From contig MU058444.1 of NCBI GenBank assembly GCA_013265495.1, forward strand, positions 1,364,001 through 1,428,000: a stretch of DNA of 64,000 nt, in the 5' to 3' direction. Origin of the DNA: Vicugna vicugna. Lineage: Eukaryota. The first letter of the stretch is position 1. Every line of letters starts with the position of its first letter. Below, one piece after another: positions 53,235-64,000 of this stretch. The position numbers and the translations under genes were made by a program. The notes under the pieces are model-generated. The model was not told where the DNA came from and made no database searches. It saw only the letters and a list, made by a program, of their open reading frames with translations.

Positions 53235-53585
53235 AAGACAACCAAAATGTCTTTTAAAGAGTGATGTGATTAATTCTGATACAAGCACTATTGAATACAT
53301 TGTAGCAGTTAAAAAACATAGTCACCAATTTGAAAGATGGAAAAAATATATTGTTTATGAATACATAAGACCAACTATGACATCAAGAGTGAACTATAGA
53401 CTTTGGGTGATTGTGAGCAACCAATGTAGTTTCACTTTTGATAATAAAATGCCTCATCCTGGTGGGGGACAATGATAATGGGGGAGGCTGTGCAGGTGAG
53501 AGGCAGGGGGTACATGAGAAATCTCTGTACCTTCCTCTCAATGTTCTTGTGAACCTAAAACTGCTCTTAGAAAAGTCTTTAAAAG
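53235..53585 (+). mobile_element. L1MC-like 3' end
   Basis: gaactatagactttgggtgat, gataatgggggaggctgtgca, aaatctctgtaccttcctctcaat, gtgaacctaaaactgctct. Confidence 0.8.
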
Positions 53586-56500
53586 GCTATAAAAATATAC
53601 CATTCATGTAATTAATACATAAACACATACATAACAAATGTAAAATGCGTAACAAAAATATATTCTCGAAAAGAGATGTAAATTGGGAGGAAAAGATTCG
53701 GAAGTGCGTGCACCATGCTGATACCAGGGTCTCGGCAGTACCCACCTCAAAAGAATTAGGTGATGAGAAGAGAACTGTAGCTCTTTTTATGACTTGATTA
53801 CTTTTGAAATAATGAAAACGTATATTAATTATAGACTCTAACACATTGTAAGCAAATAATTGCAATTAATTATTCTTTCTGGTTTTGATTAATAAGTTTG
53901 TCCGAGAGGCATGACTTGACTTTGTGTCCAGTAGGCAAGAGATAGTGCCTGTCAGAACTGAGAGTAAGTGCGGGATGCTTCTGTTTTAATGCCTCTTTGA
54001 AAGACTTGTCCTAAGACACCACCATGGTTTCAGGCCGGGCACCCATGACTGGATTCACCTTCCAAGATCCCTAGGATCAAGCTTGCAATAAGGAACTTTC
54101 CAAGCAGGCCTGCAGTGAACCAGAACTTTCCATCTGCCCTGTTAGTTCTCCAAATCTTTAAGGCTCTATTATTTTCAGCACGGATACAGTCCTTAGAACA
54201 GCATCTTGCTCTTGGTAGGTTCTTTAAACTCTAATCAACTGAGTGTCTTTCCATCTTAACGGGTGGCTAACTTAAAACTTAGCTACTGCCAACATTCCCT
54301 TTTCCCCCAAACCCAAATTCAGATAAACGTCAACTGTGTTGCCTCATCGTGAAAATAGGCACTATCTCCCTCAAAGTGTCTGCTCTACCTGCTTGCCAAA
54401 ACCCTGAAGAGGAGCAAAGAGGGAGAGTTTCTACAGAAAATCTGGGAGCAGGGGTTCTGTGCACACGCCCCTGAAAAAGGAAGTTAGTTTTTCCCACACA
54501 GCCAACACGTTAACTTGTTCAACGTGCGTTCGTGAAGTTCCTGTTTTGTGCTAGACACTGTTCTAGGCTCTCCCGTAGGAGCATGGGAGGATAAAAGGGC
54601 ATTGGGGAGTGGGAAGGCAAGACTCTTTGAAAGAAGAAGGAAATGAAGTAAAGGCAGCAAGAATAACCTGGGCTTTAACTCTCCTGCACTGATGGGGACT
54701 TACAACGTTTGACGATATGCGTTGAAAAAAAGAAATGGGACTGAGCAAACTTCTAATACTCCGTCCTGGGCCTTCCTCAGTCGTGGAGTCTCCTCACAGT
54801 CTTTTATTGTAAAAGCCTAGGAGTGTTACAGCATTTACTATTTATATTTGGATAATTTTTAAATTTCTCTGGCATTTCAAGTCTCCAATGTCTCAAATTT
54901 TATATTTATATTAGCATTCCCTTTCCTTAAACCCCTGTTTTTTTGAGCCAAATCCTATGAGACTTTTTCCCGTCTGCTTGATTACTACTTATTGAAAGGT
55001 TAAGTCTTCTACACACAAACCAGCTACTTTCTTTCTTCTTATTATCGAAATATGAACACGCTCCAAAACCATCTGCCACATATTTCACAGAAATGGGTGC
55101 CAATGACACACTTTTTAAAAAGAAAATATTGGTCTATATTAGAATAATTTTGTACTCTGAATGGTGTTAGGAAACTGGTGAAAAGTTACGTGATTTCTAC
55201 TCCATGTGTTTTATGCATCTCTGGTTATGGAAGCACATTTGTTTCTTGCGGTCAGGAAGAGAAGATAAACAGAGGTCACCAGCAGGGGAAAGGACTTTGA
55301 TGATTCCAGTCGCTGGAACGTCTCTGCCAGAGTCATTACGAGATCGAAGAATACGGATGCGACTTAACCTTTCCCCTTTGTAATTTCCTCAAAAATTATT
55401 TACTGTTCTATTCAAGATTTAACAAATCTTTTTCTTAATGCAGTCTGCTGCATTAAATTAAAAACATTTCAACCTATTTCAGAACCATTCTACATGAAAA
55501 GAAAAATATACAACCTTGACAGGCTAGTATTTACAAGGAAGAAAAGGTCTTAGAGAGTTATATTTCTCCATCTTTCATACTAAGCAATTACAATTTTTGC
55601 CAAACTAAATATCTTGTGAAGATCTTTATAAAATAGCCTTGTAATATTAGGCACTAATGTCACGTTTACTTTCAAGTGACAAAGACAGTTAGACTTATTT
55701 GATGGAAAATTATTTTACAACACTGCTTTAGGGGTAGCATGTAATTCAGTAGAACGCGATTCCATATCGACCCTCCCCTCCACTTCTGCTGCTCAATACA
55801 CAAAACAGACCTCTTTCTAACACGATGCTCCTGCGCCCACACTCTAGGGAGGTTCCAACGAATTCCATTTAGTGTTTTCTGTTGAGAGTCTCAGGTTTAA
55901 AAAAATGATTGTTTTTGTTTCATTTATAATCATTCATTTCTTATCTAACACTCATGTAAATTTGAGTAATAACAAAAGAACAAGATGACTTGTTGGTTTC
56001 AAGTAATTTGGGAACTAATGAAGATTTCAAGAATAATGGCACACACTGAATGTGTCTTTTTGGAAGAACGGAGCGTTCTTATTTGCTCAAATACCACGTG
56101 TCGAGTCATTTCTGTTTTTTTCACTGGCTCAGTCACTGCGTCTCGCAAGTACTCTGGTGTGATGGCCAACGGCAAAGAGGAACACACATTTTACAAGTGA
56201 ACAAACATGCTGTACTAAGTTGGAATGTTTCCAGGGTGAGGTTTCCCCTTCACACTGGCTTATTTTTCATAGACACAGATAGTTTCTTGGAAGAAAATAG
56301 CCATCATTTGCATCTAAGAGCAGCCTATGAAGATGCGCTTGCAGCCGGGGCTAAACAAGGTGATCACTGATGTTAATGGTAATGATTAAATCCCTTCAGA
56401 TTTTGGCAGTTTGATGAGTTCAGATCCAACTGTACTTTTATCTCCCTTTCGATCACTGAATAGATTAAATTACAAGCACATTGGAACCGATTATGCATTA

Positions 56501-57051
56501 GTAATAATTTTGTTAGGTTTCCTACATACATCTGCATGTACACACACTCAGAGCAGACGACTTAAATAATAGCCTCCAAATAATTAACGGAAAAGACCAT
56601 ACAATCTATCCTGCTTCTATTGTCAGAAAAAAAAAATTTAAGCTGCATGCTTTACACGTATTGCTTTAAGTACCAAAAAATAAAATTTTCATTTTGAATT
56701 TACCTGGTTACCCAGCCATCGCTGAGAGGCCCTGGGGAGGTCAGCTACAAGTTGCGTCATTCGGTTTGGGTTAGCCTTTGCTGAGTGAGCTAGTTCATAA
56801 TTTTATTACTGCCAGCTTGATTTTAATTTGAACAGCATCTTTCAACATACGGGGGTGAGCCCTACTGATTTGAAAATGAACAACAGAGTGACTCATGGAT
56901 GAAACGTTCTGGATATGCTAGGAAGATCGCTGGATGATTTAATAGACCAAATGATGGTATCTCCAGAGGGTAAATTTATCGTGGCTTCTTGATTTGCAAC
57001 ACACGACCCCATAACTCTCTGTGCATAACTAACGCTCTGCTTTTATCTTAC

Positions 57052-57246
57052 CTCCAACACTGGACACTCTGGAGGAGTCCTGATGAGAGCTGGATTTATT
57101 GCGGTTTTGATTTTTCCGTTTGTTGGCTGCTCTCACTGATCGAAGAAGCACCTCACTTGCCTTGAAGAAGGCCACCATGAACGGTTGTTTTGACTGAGGT
57201 CCGTGTCTCCCCACCAGACCGGCTGACTTTACGTTGATGCTGTGGC
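57052..57246 (-). CDS. BMP5: BMP5 coding exon (inferred exon 4): end of prodomain, RSVR furin site, basic N-terminus of mature peptide
   Basis: 195 nt, flanked by cccag acceptor and gtaag donor. Translates (G)[64 protein letters not shown](D). RSVR is at 57131-57142. Confidence 0.98.
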
Positions 57247-58237
57247 CTGGGACAAAGGGAACAAACCAAGAGTTCATGAAAAAGCTTCATACCTGATGAG
57301 AATGAACTCTGGGGCTACTTTGGAAAAGGGAAACATTTTGCAACACTGTTGGGATGTTTTGTCTGCAGGCCAAAGATCCTTAAACACATTGAAAGTTCAC
57401 CGTTACAATTACGCGTGCTTGGCTTTTCATCTTAGATCACTTTTTCTTTGGTCACAGAGTACCCTCCAGCCTTCACTGACTGATCCTTCTCAGACCTGGA
57501 AGTCAGCAAGGTTCAAGGGAAAGGCTTGAACACCATCACCTGGAAATGTCCACGTTCAGTAGCAATTTCCAAAATCTTAGCTGTGGGCTCTTCTCATTAA
57601 ACGCCCTGTAATTTCCCTCCACGTGATAAAAGCCAAATGGCCAGCTCTCCTTTCTCTAATTCCTTGCAGGTTTTCCCGTGGTGATCAGTGCTGAGAGCTG
57701 CCCCCCCTCCCCCCTGGCCTGTGCCCAGCGAACTGTACAAAGCTGTAATCCACGTCCAGCTCTTCATGGATCCTTCCAGAAGCCCCTGCTGGAGGTGTGC
57801 TTTGAGCTCCAGGTCTTCCTCCATGTAACGGATTTTGAAGCAAACATGAACATCTCAGAACCCCTCCCTCTCCGAGCTTTGACACACCTGAATGATGTTT
57901 ACTGAAAGGATTTCAGAAGATGCAAACGAAGCCCAGAGATGCTCGGAAAGGAGAAAAACTCCATGTAACCTTGGAGACTTGCCTTTGTCTCTAAACCAGC
58001 CTGCATCTCAGATCCTTCTGAGCTGGCTGGTGTGGCTGTTCATCAGGAAAGGAGTACAGCGAGGCCCAGGCAGGAGTGAGGCAAGGTCAGGTGTTCTAGA
58101 GACTAGACGTCGATGTTGACAGAGCACTTCTTCCGGTGGGGAGGCAATAATACTGCTTATCATTAAACTAACATTAAAGCTGTTTGGAGTACTTGCGATG
58201 TGTGCTAGACATCTTTCTAAGTGTTTTCCATGCATTC

Positions 58238-58435
58238 TTTTTTTTTAATTTTATTTTTTATTGAAGTGTAATTGATTTACAGTGTTAGTTTCAGGTGTAC
58301 AGCAAAGCAATTCAGTTATACACACACATACATATATACATATTTTTTCAGATTCTTTTCCATTTTAGCTCATTACAAGAAACTGAATATAGTTCCCTGT
58401 GTTATATACAGTAGCTCCCTGTTGTTTATCCGTTA
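58238..58435 (-). mobile_element. Short L1 3' end inserted in a MIR
   Basis: T tail, ttgatttacagtgttagtttcaggtgtacagcaaagcaattcag, gaatatagttccctgtg. MIR-like text on both sides. Confidence 0.85.
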
Positions 58436-61400
58436 TTAAATTATATATCATTTAATGCCATTCCACAAATACTCTAGGAGTTAGTTATTCTTTGCCCCTT
58501 TGTACAATTCGCTCTTGGTTATGCTCTTTTCATTTAAAATAATTATCATGGAAACATTTTATTTATATATATAAAGAGAAGCATTGGCTGATTCGAGCGT
58601 AATGAAAATCACCCAAATAAAATGAACTGTTTAACCTTATGTTGTAAATTATTCGAGAATCACTCAAAACGCATGCCAAAAAAAAAAAAAAAATTCCTCC
58701 AGATACAGAAGTTACCAACCTTTTCAGAGTAAGATATATAATGTGGTTTGAAATACGTGCATGACGGGCCCTGCCTTGCCCCCTGAGAAATGTGCAGGTT
58801 TTCTTAAAACATTTATTCAGTGAAGATCGCAGGGCAGCCTCAGTCCATTCTAAGTCCTGACCCACCTTGGAAGAAGGAAAACGGGAAACAAGTCCGTGAA
58901 ATGGCATCTGTGGCATTTTAGCAAATAAACTCTTGCTCTTAACCAAATTTCTTTTGGCAGTGTAGACTCTTCTGTGTATACTCGTATTGTGCACAGACCT
59001 TCCACCGTCGTTAAACGAGACCGTGCCATGTGAGGCTGTGCAGCTGCCGGGAGGGACAGGGAGGTCCCCGGAAGGTGGAGGTGCCGGTTGAGAACGGGAC
59101 GCGTGCGCGCCGACCGGCCAGCATCCGTCCACGGCCGTTCTCAGCAACTGTTCGCGACTAATTGGGAAAACTTGCTCGGTTCCTACAAATATGAAAACGG
59201 CCACCCGCTTCACACATGCCTGCCTACTCAGGCCTACCGGAGAAAGAACCGACAAATAATCGGAGCAGTAAACCTTATACAAATAAGCGCATGGGTTTCT
59301 CTTTTAAATGCAAACTCACGGTGGCGCCACGCCAGGGTCTATATTTCTTAGAAAAACTCTATCACGGGCATAAATGAAAGAGGCAGTTTGATTTGAGGTC
59401 AGGGTAGTTTCCATTCTACTTCCACTGTAACAAATGTATTAATTCAGCTCAGACTTCCTCCTTCTGGCAGCCCTTTTGCTGTAAAAAGAGAAATTAGAAG
59501 TCCCAGCCAAATACCATACCTTGAACTGACCCACTTCAATACATAAACACTTTTACAACATGTTTATTCAGGTGTAGCACTTGAAATTGGTTTAAGATGT
59601 TTCCACTGACAGGGAGCGCAGCAAAAGAAAAAAAAAAAGAACTAAGAAACTTGACTATTAAGGAATAGAATAACTAGCAATCTGTTCTTCAGATTTTTTA
59701 TTTATTTATTTTTTCTGCCTCGGAGTACAATATCAAATGTATTTGTCGAGCTTTTATTTTGATGTTTTAATGAAGTGTTAATTTAACAGGAACTCAATTT
59801 TTACTCGCATCCATTGATGACTGCAGAAATCATTTAGAATATATGATCTCTCTAATGCTGAAGTAGGTTGTCCCAAGATGGGCAGGAGTGGAACATGGTT
59901 AAAATCGGTTTTCCATTCGTTACAACACACACTGACCCTTTTATAGTCCCATAAGCAATTCATGCAGAGTGCCAAGTTTCCCTTGGTTTGCAAGAGGGGT
60001 TTCTTTTGTTATTATTCTAAAGACTTCGAATATTTTAATTTTTATCTGTGGAGAAATAATACTGCTCCCAAGATTTATGTTCTGGAAACTCTAAGGATGT
60101 GTGTATGTTACAAATATGGGCTTCTCGGACTTTACAAAGGTGGATATTGTGTGTGAAGCAAAGGACCCTTCAAACCAATGTGAACTCCCTTTAAAATAAC
60201 TTTTGATATTATTAAGTTTCCTCTTGGTTTCCTTTTGACTTCGGCAATGAGGTGACTATTAAGATTCCACAAGTTAATGCTCGCTCAGTGGCTCTTGGTC
60301 TTGAGTTAGTCCGTGGAAGCATTAACTATTCAACCGACTCCTTCAGACACATTAGACCTACGTCGATTATGCCGACGGAGCCTTTTGAATGGCTGAACAG
60401 TTGTTTTCCTTAGAAGGACTAATAGAAACCAAGACTATATTGTATGTATTAAAAATAGTGAAACTTTTATAAAATCTCTTTAACAATGTTGAATTTTACG
60501 ATTAAGTTACAGTATGTTTTAGATACTACAAATGTATCCATAAAGAAACGTACCTTAAACACTTTGATTTAGGAAAACTGCACGTAGGTGTGTGTTCTCA
60601 TGGTTTTATTTTTCAAAGCTGATCCTTATTTTTGATTTCTCATTAAAAAAGTATAGGAAATAAAAAGAGCCTTAAAAGAAAAAGGTGATAAAGGATCCCA
60701 GCTTGAGTCCTCACCTTAGGATTCAGACAGGTCTAGGCATGGCTAGAACATGGGTAAGTTTAATTCACCAGGGATACGTCTGGATAAGGATGGACCAGCC
60801 TGAAAGGAAGAACTCATCGTAAGGAAATGATGAACCCGTAAAGCACAGATTCAGAACCACGTCCCAGTGAGTATAAGGAAGCAGGGGATTTTGAGTCTGT
60901 AACTGAGTTCCTTCTGGCCCAGTACCAAGGTGGGCATGATTAACTCCTCATGAACAAAGGCGATTCCAAAAAAATCTGACAGAACTGTTTTTACCTAAAG
61001 TTCCTGTAAAATCCTGGGAGGACAAGGCAGCCCTATTTTGGAGCTTGGTTAACAAGGAGACACAAGTGGTGGGAGGAGATTCTTCCTCCATCAGAAGAGT
61101 GGTTTCCAAGGAGTTTGCTACGTGGGTACTGAGGGCAGGTCCAAGACGGTCTCCTGTACTAGCATCAGGATCCGCCTCCGAGAGAGTCGTAGTTCAAAGG
61201 TGAGCAGAGCAGCAAGCTGATGGCACAAGGAGTTTTAAGGTGGACCCAAAACTGTCCCAAAGTGAGAGGCGGTGCCAGTGATGGGATGACGTGATCCTAG
61301 AACAAGAGGACACTTCCCTGTGTCACATCCATGTCCTGATGTTGGACCCTCAGAGGAGGGAAGGGAAGTGATCTGCTAAGTGGGTGGGGTGGTAAAAAGA

Positions 61401-61602
61401 GAGTGAGAAGAATTTGATGGTGGAGAGTTCAAGTTTAAAGACACTGGGGGATCTCCCACACAAGTGGGAGGGGAGAAGAGACAGGAAAGGATATACCGGC
61501 ATCCCAGTGATTTCACTGATGGCAGCTAGGACCAAAGAAACACGGTGCCCGATTCTCCAACGTTTGAGTATCACAGAATCCTTGGATTATAAAATGAAGG
61601 GG

Positions 61603-61842
61603 TGGGGGGAGGATAAATTAGGAGATTGGGATTGATACATACACACTACTGTATATAAAACAGATAAACAACAAAGACCTTCTGTAGAGCACAGGGAACT
61701 ATATTCAATATCTTGTAGTAACATAATGGAAAAGAATCTGAAAAATATATATGTATATGTATATGTAGAACTGAATCCCTTTGTTATACACCTAAAACTA
61801 ACACTGTAAATCAACTACACTTTGATAAAAAAAAAATTTTTA
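61603..61842 (+). mobile_element. L1 3' end
   Basis: ggataaattaggagattgggattga, gcacagggaactatattcaatatcttgta. Near-identical TSD aaaatgaagggg (61591) and aaaatgaaaggggt (61843). Confidence 0.9.
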
Positions 61843-63489
61843 AAAATGAAAGGGGTATTGAGGCCAAATGTGGGAGCCCAGAGTCTGGTACAGAGAGAGA
61901 TTTTGTCTTTTGCATTTACGAAGAAAATACCCACTGAACCTCTCTGTGTGAACATTTTGGAGAACTGGTCCCACCTTGGCCATCGTGTTCTCATCTTAAA
62001 ATTATCGTACAGGTACTGAGGGAAGAGAAGCAATCAGAGTAGCAAATGGATGGTTGTATTATCTCTCGGTTTTATTGATTACAGAATGAATGAAGATGGA
62101 GTCAGGATGGTATCTTCAAGGAAATAATTATTCTCTTCACACAGGAATCAAGAGGAAACTCCATGAGGCTACAGCTCTAACCTAACACATTTCGCCACAA
62201 TTGAAGATGGAGGTTCGAAACTTCCAGATGTGCTCCCCTACCCTTACTTTGTTTGAGCACTGGAGCTGGGGTATTGGATTCACATCTGCCTAAGGACTCA
62301 ACTATTTCAAGTCTAGAGTCACAGAGCAGGTAGGCAGGCAAACCAAAGATCCATCCCAAACTCATAAGTTTTGTATTTCAGACCATTCCTTTTGGAAAAC
62401 GTGACTTTCAAAATGTTTATTTCTTTAAAAACAGGGTTATTAAAGGAGGCTCTGACATAAAACAGCCCTTCACAGACATGTTGATGTTATAAGGATAAGT
62501 GGTTCCAAATATGAGCATTTAGTTTCCCTCCAGATACACAGTTTGAAAAAAACATTCATTTGAGGATTTATCGGAGTCTAAAAGTTGATATCACTCTACG
62601 ATGTTAGCCTAAATTCCAGTTTGTTTCTTCCCCTATAAACCTACAGTAATTGCCTGCTTAACCCAAAACACCTGTGATAAAACTTACACACACATTACCT
62701 TTTCTTCCTCTGGAAAGTCTCCTGCAGCATCCTTTATGGACTAGTTCACAGAAAACAAGTCAGCACACTGTTTCTCATTCACATATCCTTCTGATCTTTG
62801 CTAATTTTCTATCTGTAATTAAATTTGATGCTGGTGCTCTTAAATTATAGTTTCCCTGACTCTCAATTAGACTGGAATTTTATACCCTTTTTAGAAACAG
62901 ATGATTTAAAATGTGTAGAATTCTCTCCTGGGTGTACAGACGAAATCATTTTCATATCAGATTTTAAGGAATGTGGGGGAGATAGAATTTTTGTCTACTT
63001 AAACTCCATAGACATTTTAACTCAGTGTAACCCGAAATTAAGCATATTGTCATCTAGCTATGAATTTCAAGGCTTCCATACTTTGATGAAAACTTCGCAG
63101 AGTTTCTAGTTTTACAGTAAAAGCAGAGACCTATTGCCGGACATTTGAAGTGTCACAAATAGAATTTTACAGTCATGCTCAGGATTTTCTTGTTTTTAAG
63201 ATGGTTTAATTTGCCTTACAATCTCAAAAAAAAGAAAAGAAAAGAAAGAAAGAAAACAAGGAAAAGCTGGGATTTTATACTTTCATGGTGATACTGGAAA
63301 CTCCTAGTAATATGGTATCGGTTTTTAAAAAAAGATATTTTTGAACTTCAGAGTGCAAGGTAGACTCTTTGGTGATTTTTCACGGTAATTTTGGGGTTCT
63401 GTTTAATATGCCAGGCTCCTCATGCAATTCCTATTGCTAGATCTTTTCATTCACTTCTTTATACTGATACTTAAAAGAGTAAATTAAGA

Positions 63490-63648
63490 GGGGGGAGGGT
63501 ATAGCTCAGTGGTAGAATGCCTGGTTAGCATGCCCCAGGGCCTGGGTTCAATCCCTATTACCGCCATTAAATAAACAAACCTAATTACTACCCCCCACCC
63601 CTGCCAAAATAAAATAATTAAATAATAAATTTAAAAAAATTTTTAAAT
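63490..63648 (+). mobile_element. tRNA-Ala-derived camelid SINE (first of tandem pair)
   Basis: ggggagggtatagctcagtggtagaatgcctggttagcatg...gggttcaatccc...aaacctaattac plus A-rich tail. Confidence 0.92.
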
Positions 63649-63660
63649 AGTAAATTAAGA

Positions 63661-63786
63661 GGTAGGGGCACAGCTCAGTGGTAGAATGTGTGCTTAGCAA
63701 GTACAAGGTCTTGGGTTCAGTCCCCAGTACCTCTATTAAAGTAAATAAATAAACCTAATTACCTCCCCCCCTTTCAAAAAAAAAAC
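63661..63786 (+). mobile_element. tRNA-Ala-derived camelid SINE (second of tandem pair)
   Basis: ggggcacagctcagtggtagaatgtgtgcttagca...gggttcagtccccagtacctc...aaacctaattacctccccc plus A tail. Confidence 0.92.
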
Positions 63787-64000
63787 GAGTAAATTAAAAA
63801 TAACCACTTTGTTTTATATTAAATATTAAATTTTTACAATTTTATATTATTAAAAAGTATCCAAAGCAAAAGGAGGGTCACGTGTGATAATACGAGGGAA
63901 TAAGGAAGGATTCTGTGAAAAGACACCTCTGGAGGCGTGACTTCCCCGGAGGGCAACTGGGGACCCCATCCTGACGAGGCGCCGACACCAACCATGGGGT

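Noticed and set aside
58563..59282. Longest ORF in the track (239 aa, minus strand)
   Set aside because: Intronic, crosses a T homopolymer, shows no recognisable domain, and does not resemble upstream BMP5 exons.
57247..64000. Search for BMP5 exon 3 or earlier
   Set aside because: No prodomain-like coding segment with splice sites was found, so these exons lie outside the window.

Overview
Mammalian genomic DNA, very probably a camelid (alpaca or camel), judged from the tRNA-Ala-derived SINEs and the young L1 3' ends. The only protein-coding gene I can support is the 3' part of BMP5 on the minus strand. It has four GT-AG exons (57052-57246, 46029-46105, 44662-44772, 40765-40914; inferred exons 4-7) encoding the end of the prodomain, the RSVR furin site and a complete seven-cysteine TGF-beta domain, followed by a 3'UTR of up to about 1.8 kb. 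The upstream exons lie beyond base 64000. Bases 1-38900 are gene-free, repeat-rich DNA downstream of BMP5 (L1, L2, MIR, MaLR LTRs, MER DNA transposons, SINEs, microsatellites, one 53-N gap). Apart from the exon-4 ORF and a few L1 remnants, the ORF track is noise. I found no new multi-gene system. The most interesting observations are: an orphan CpG-rich L1 promoter pointing at the BMP5 3' end, a direct repeat bracketing the in-frame-skippable exon 6, a 61-bp higher-order GGAA/GAAA repeat, several unusual retrotransposition scars, and candidate skeletal or injury enhancers. Repeat family names were recognised by eye and their boundaries are approximate.
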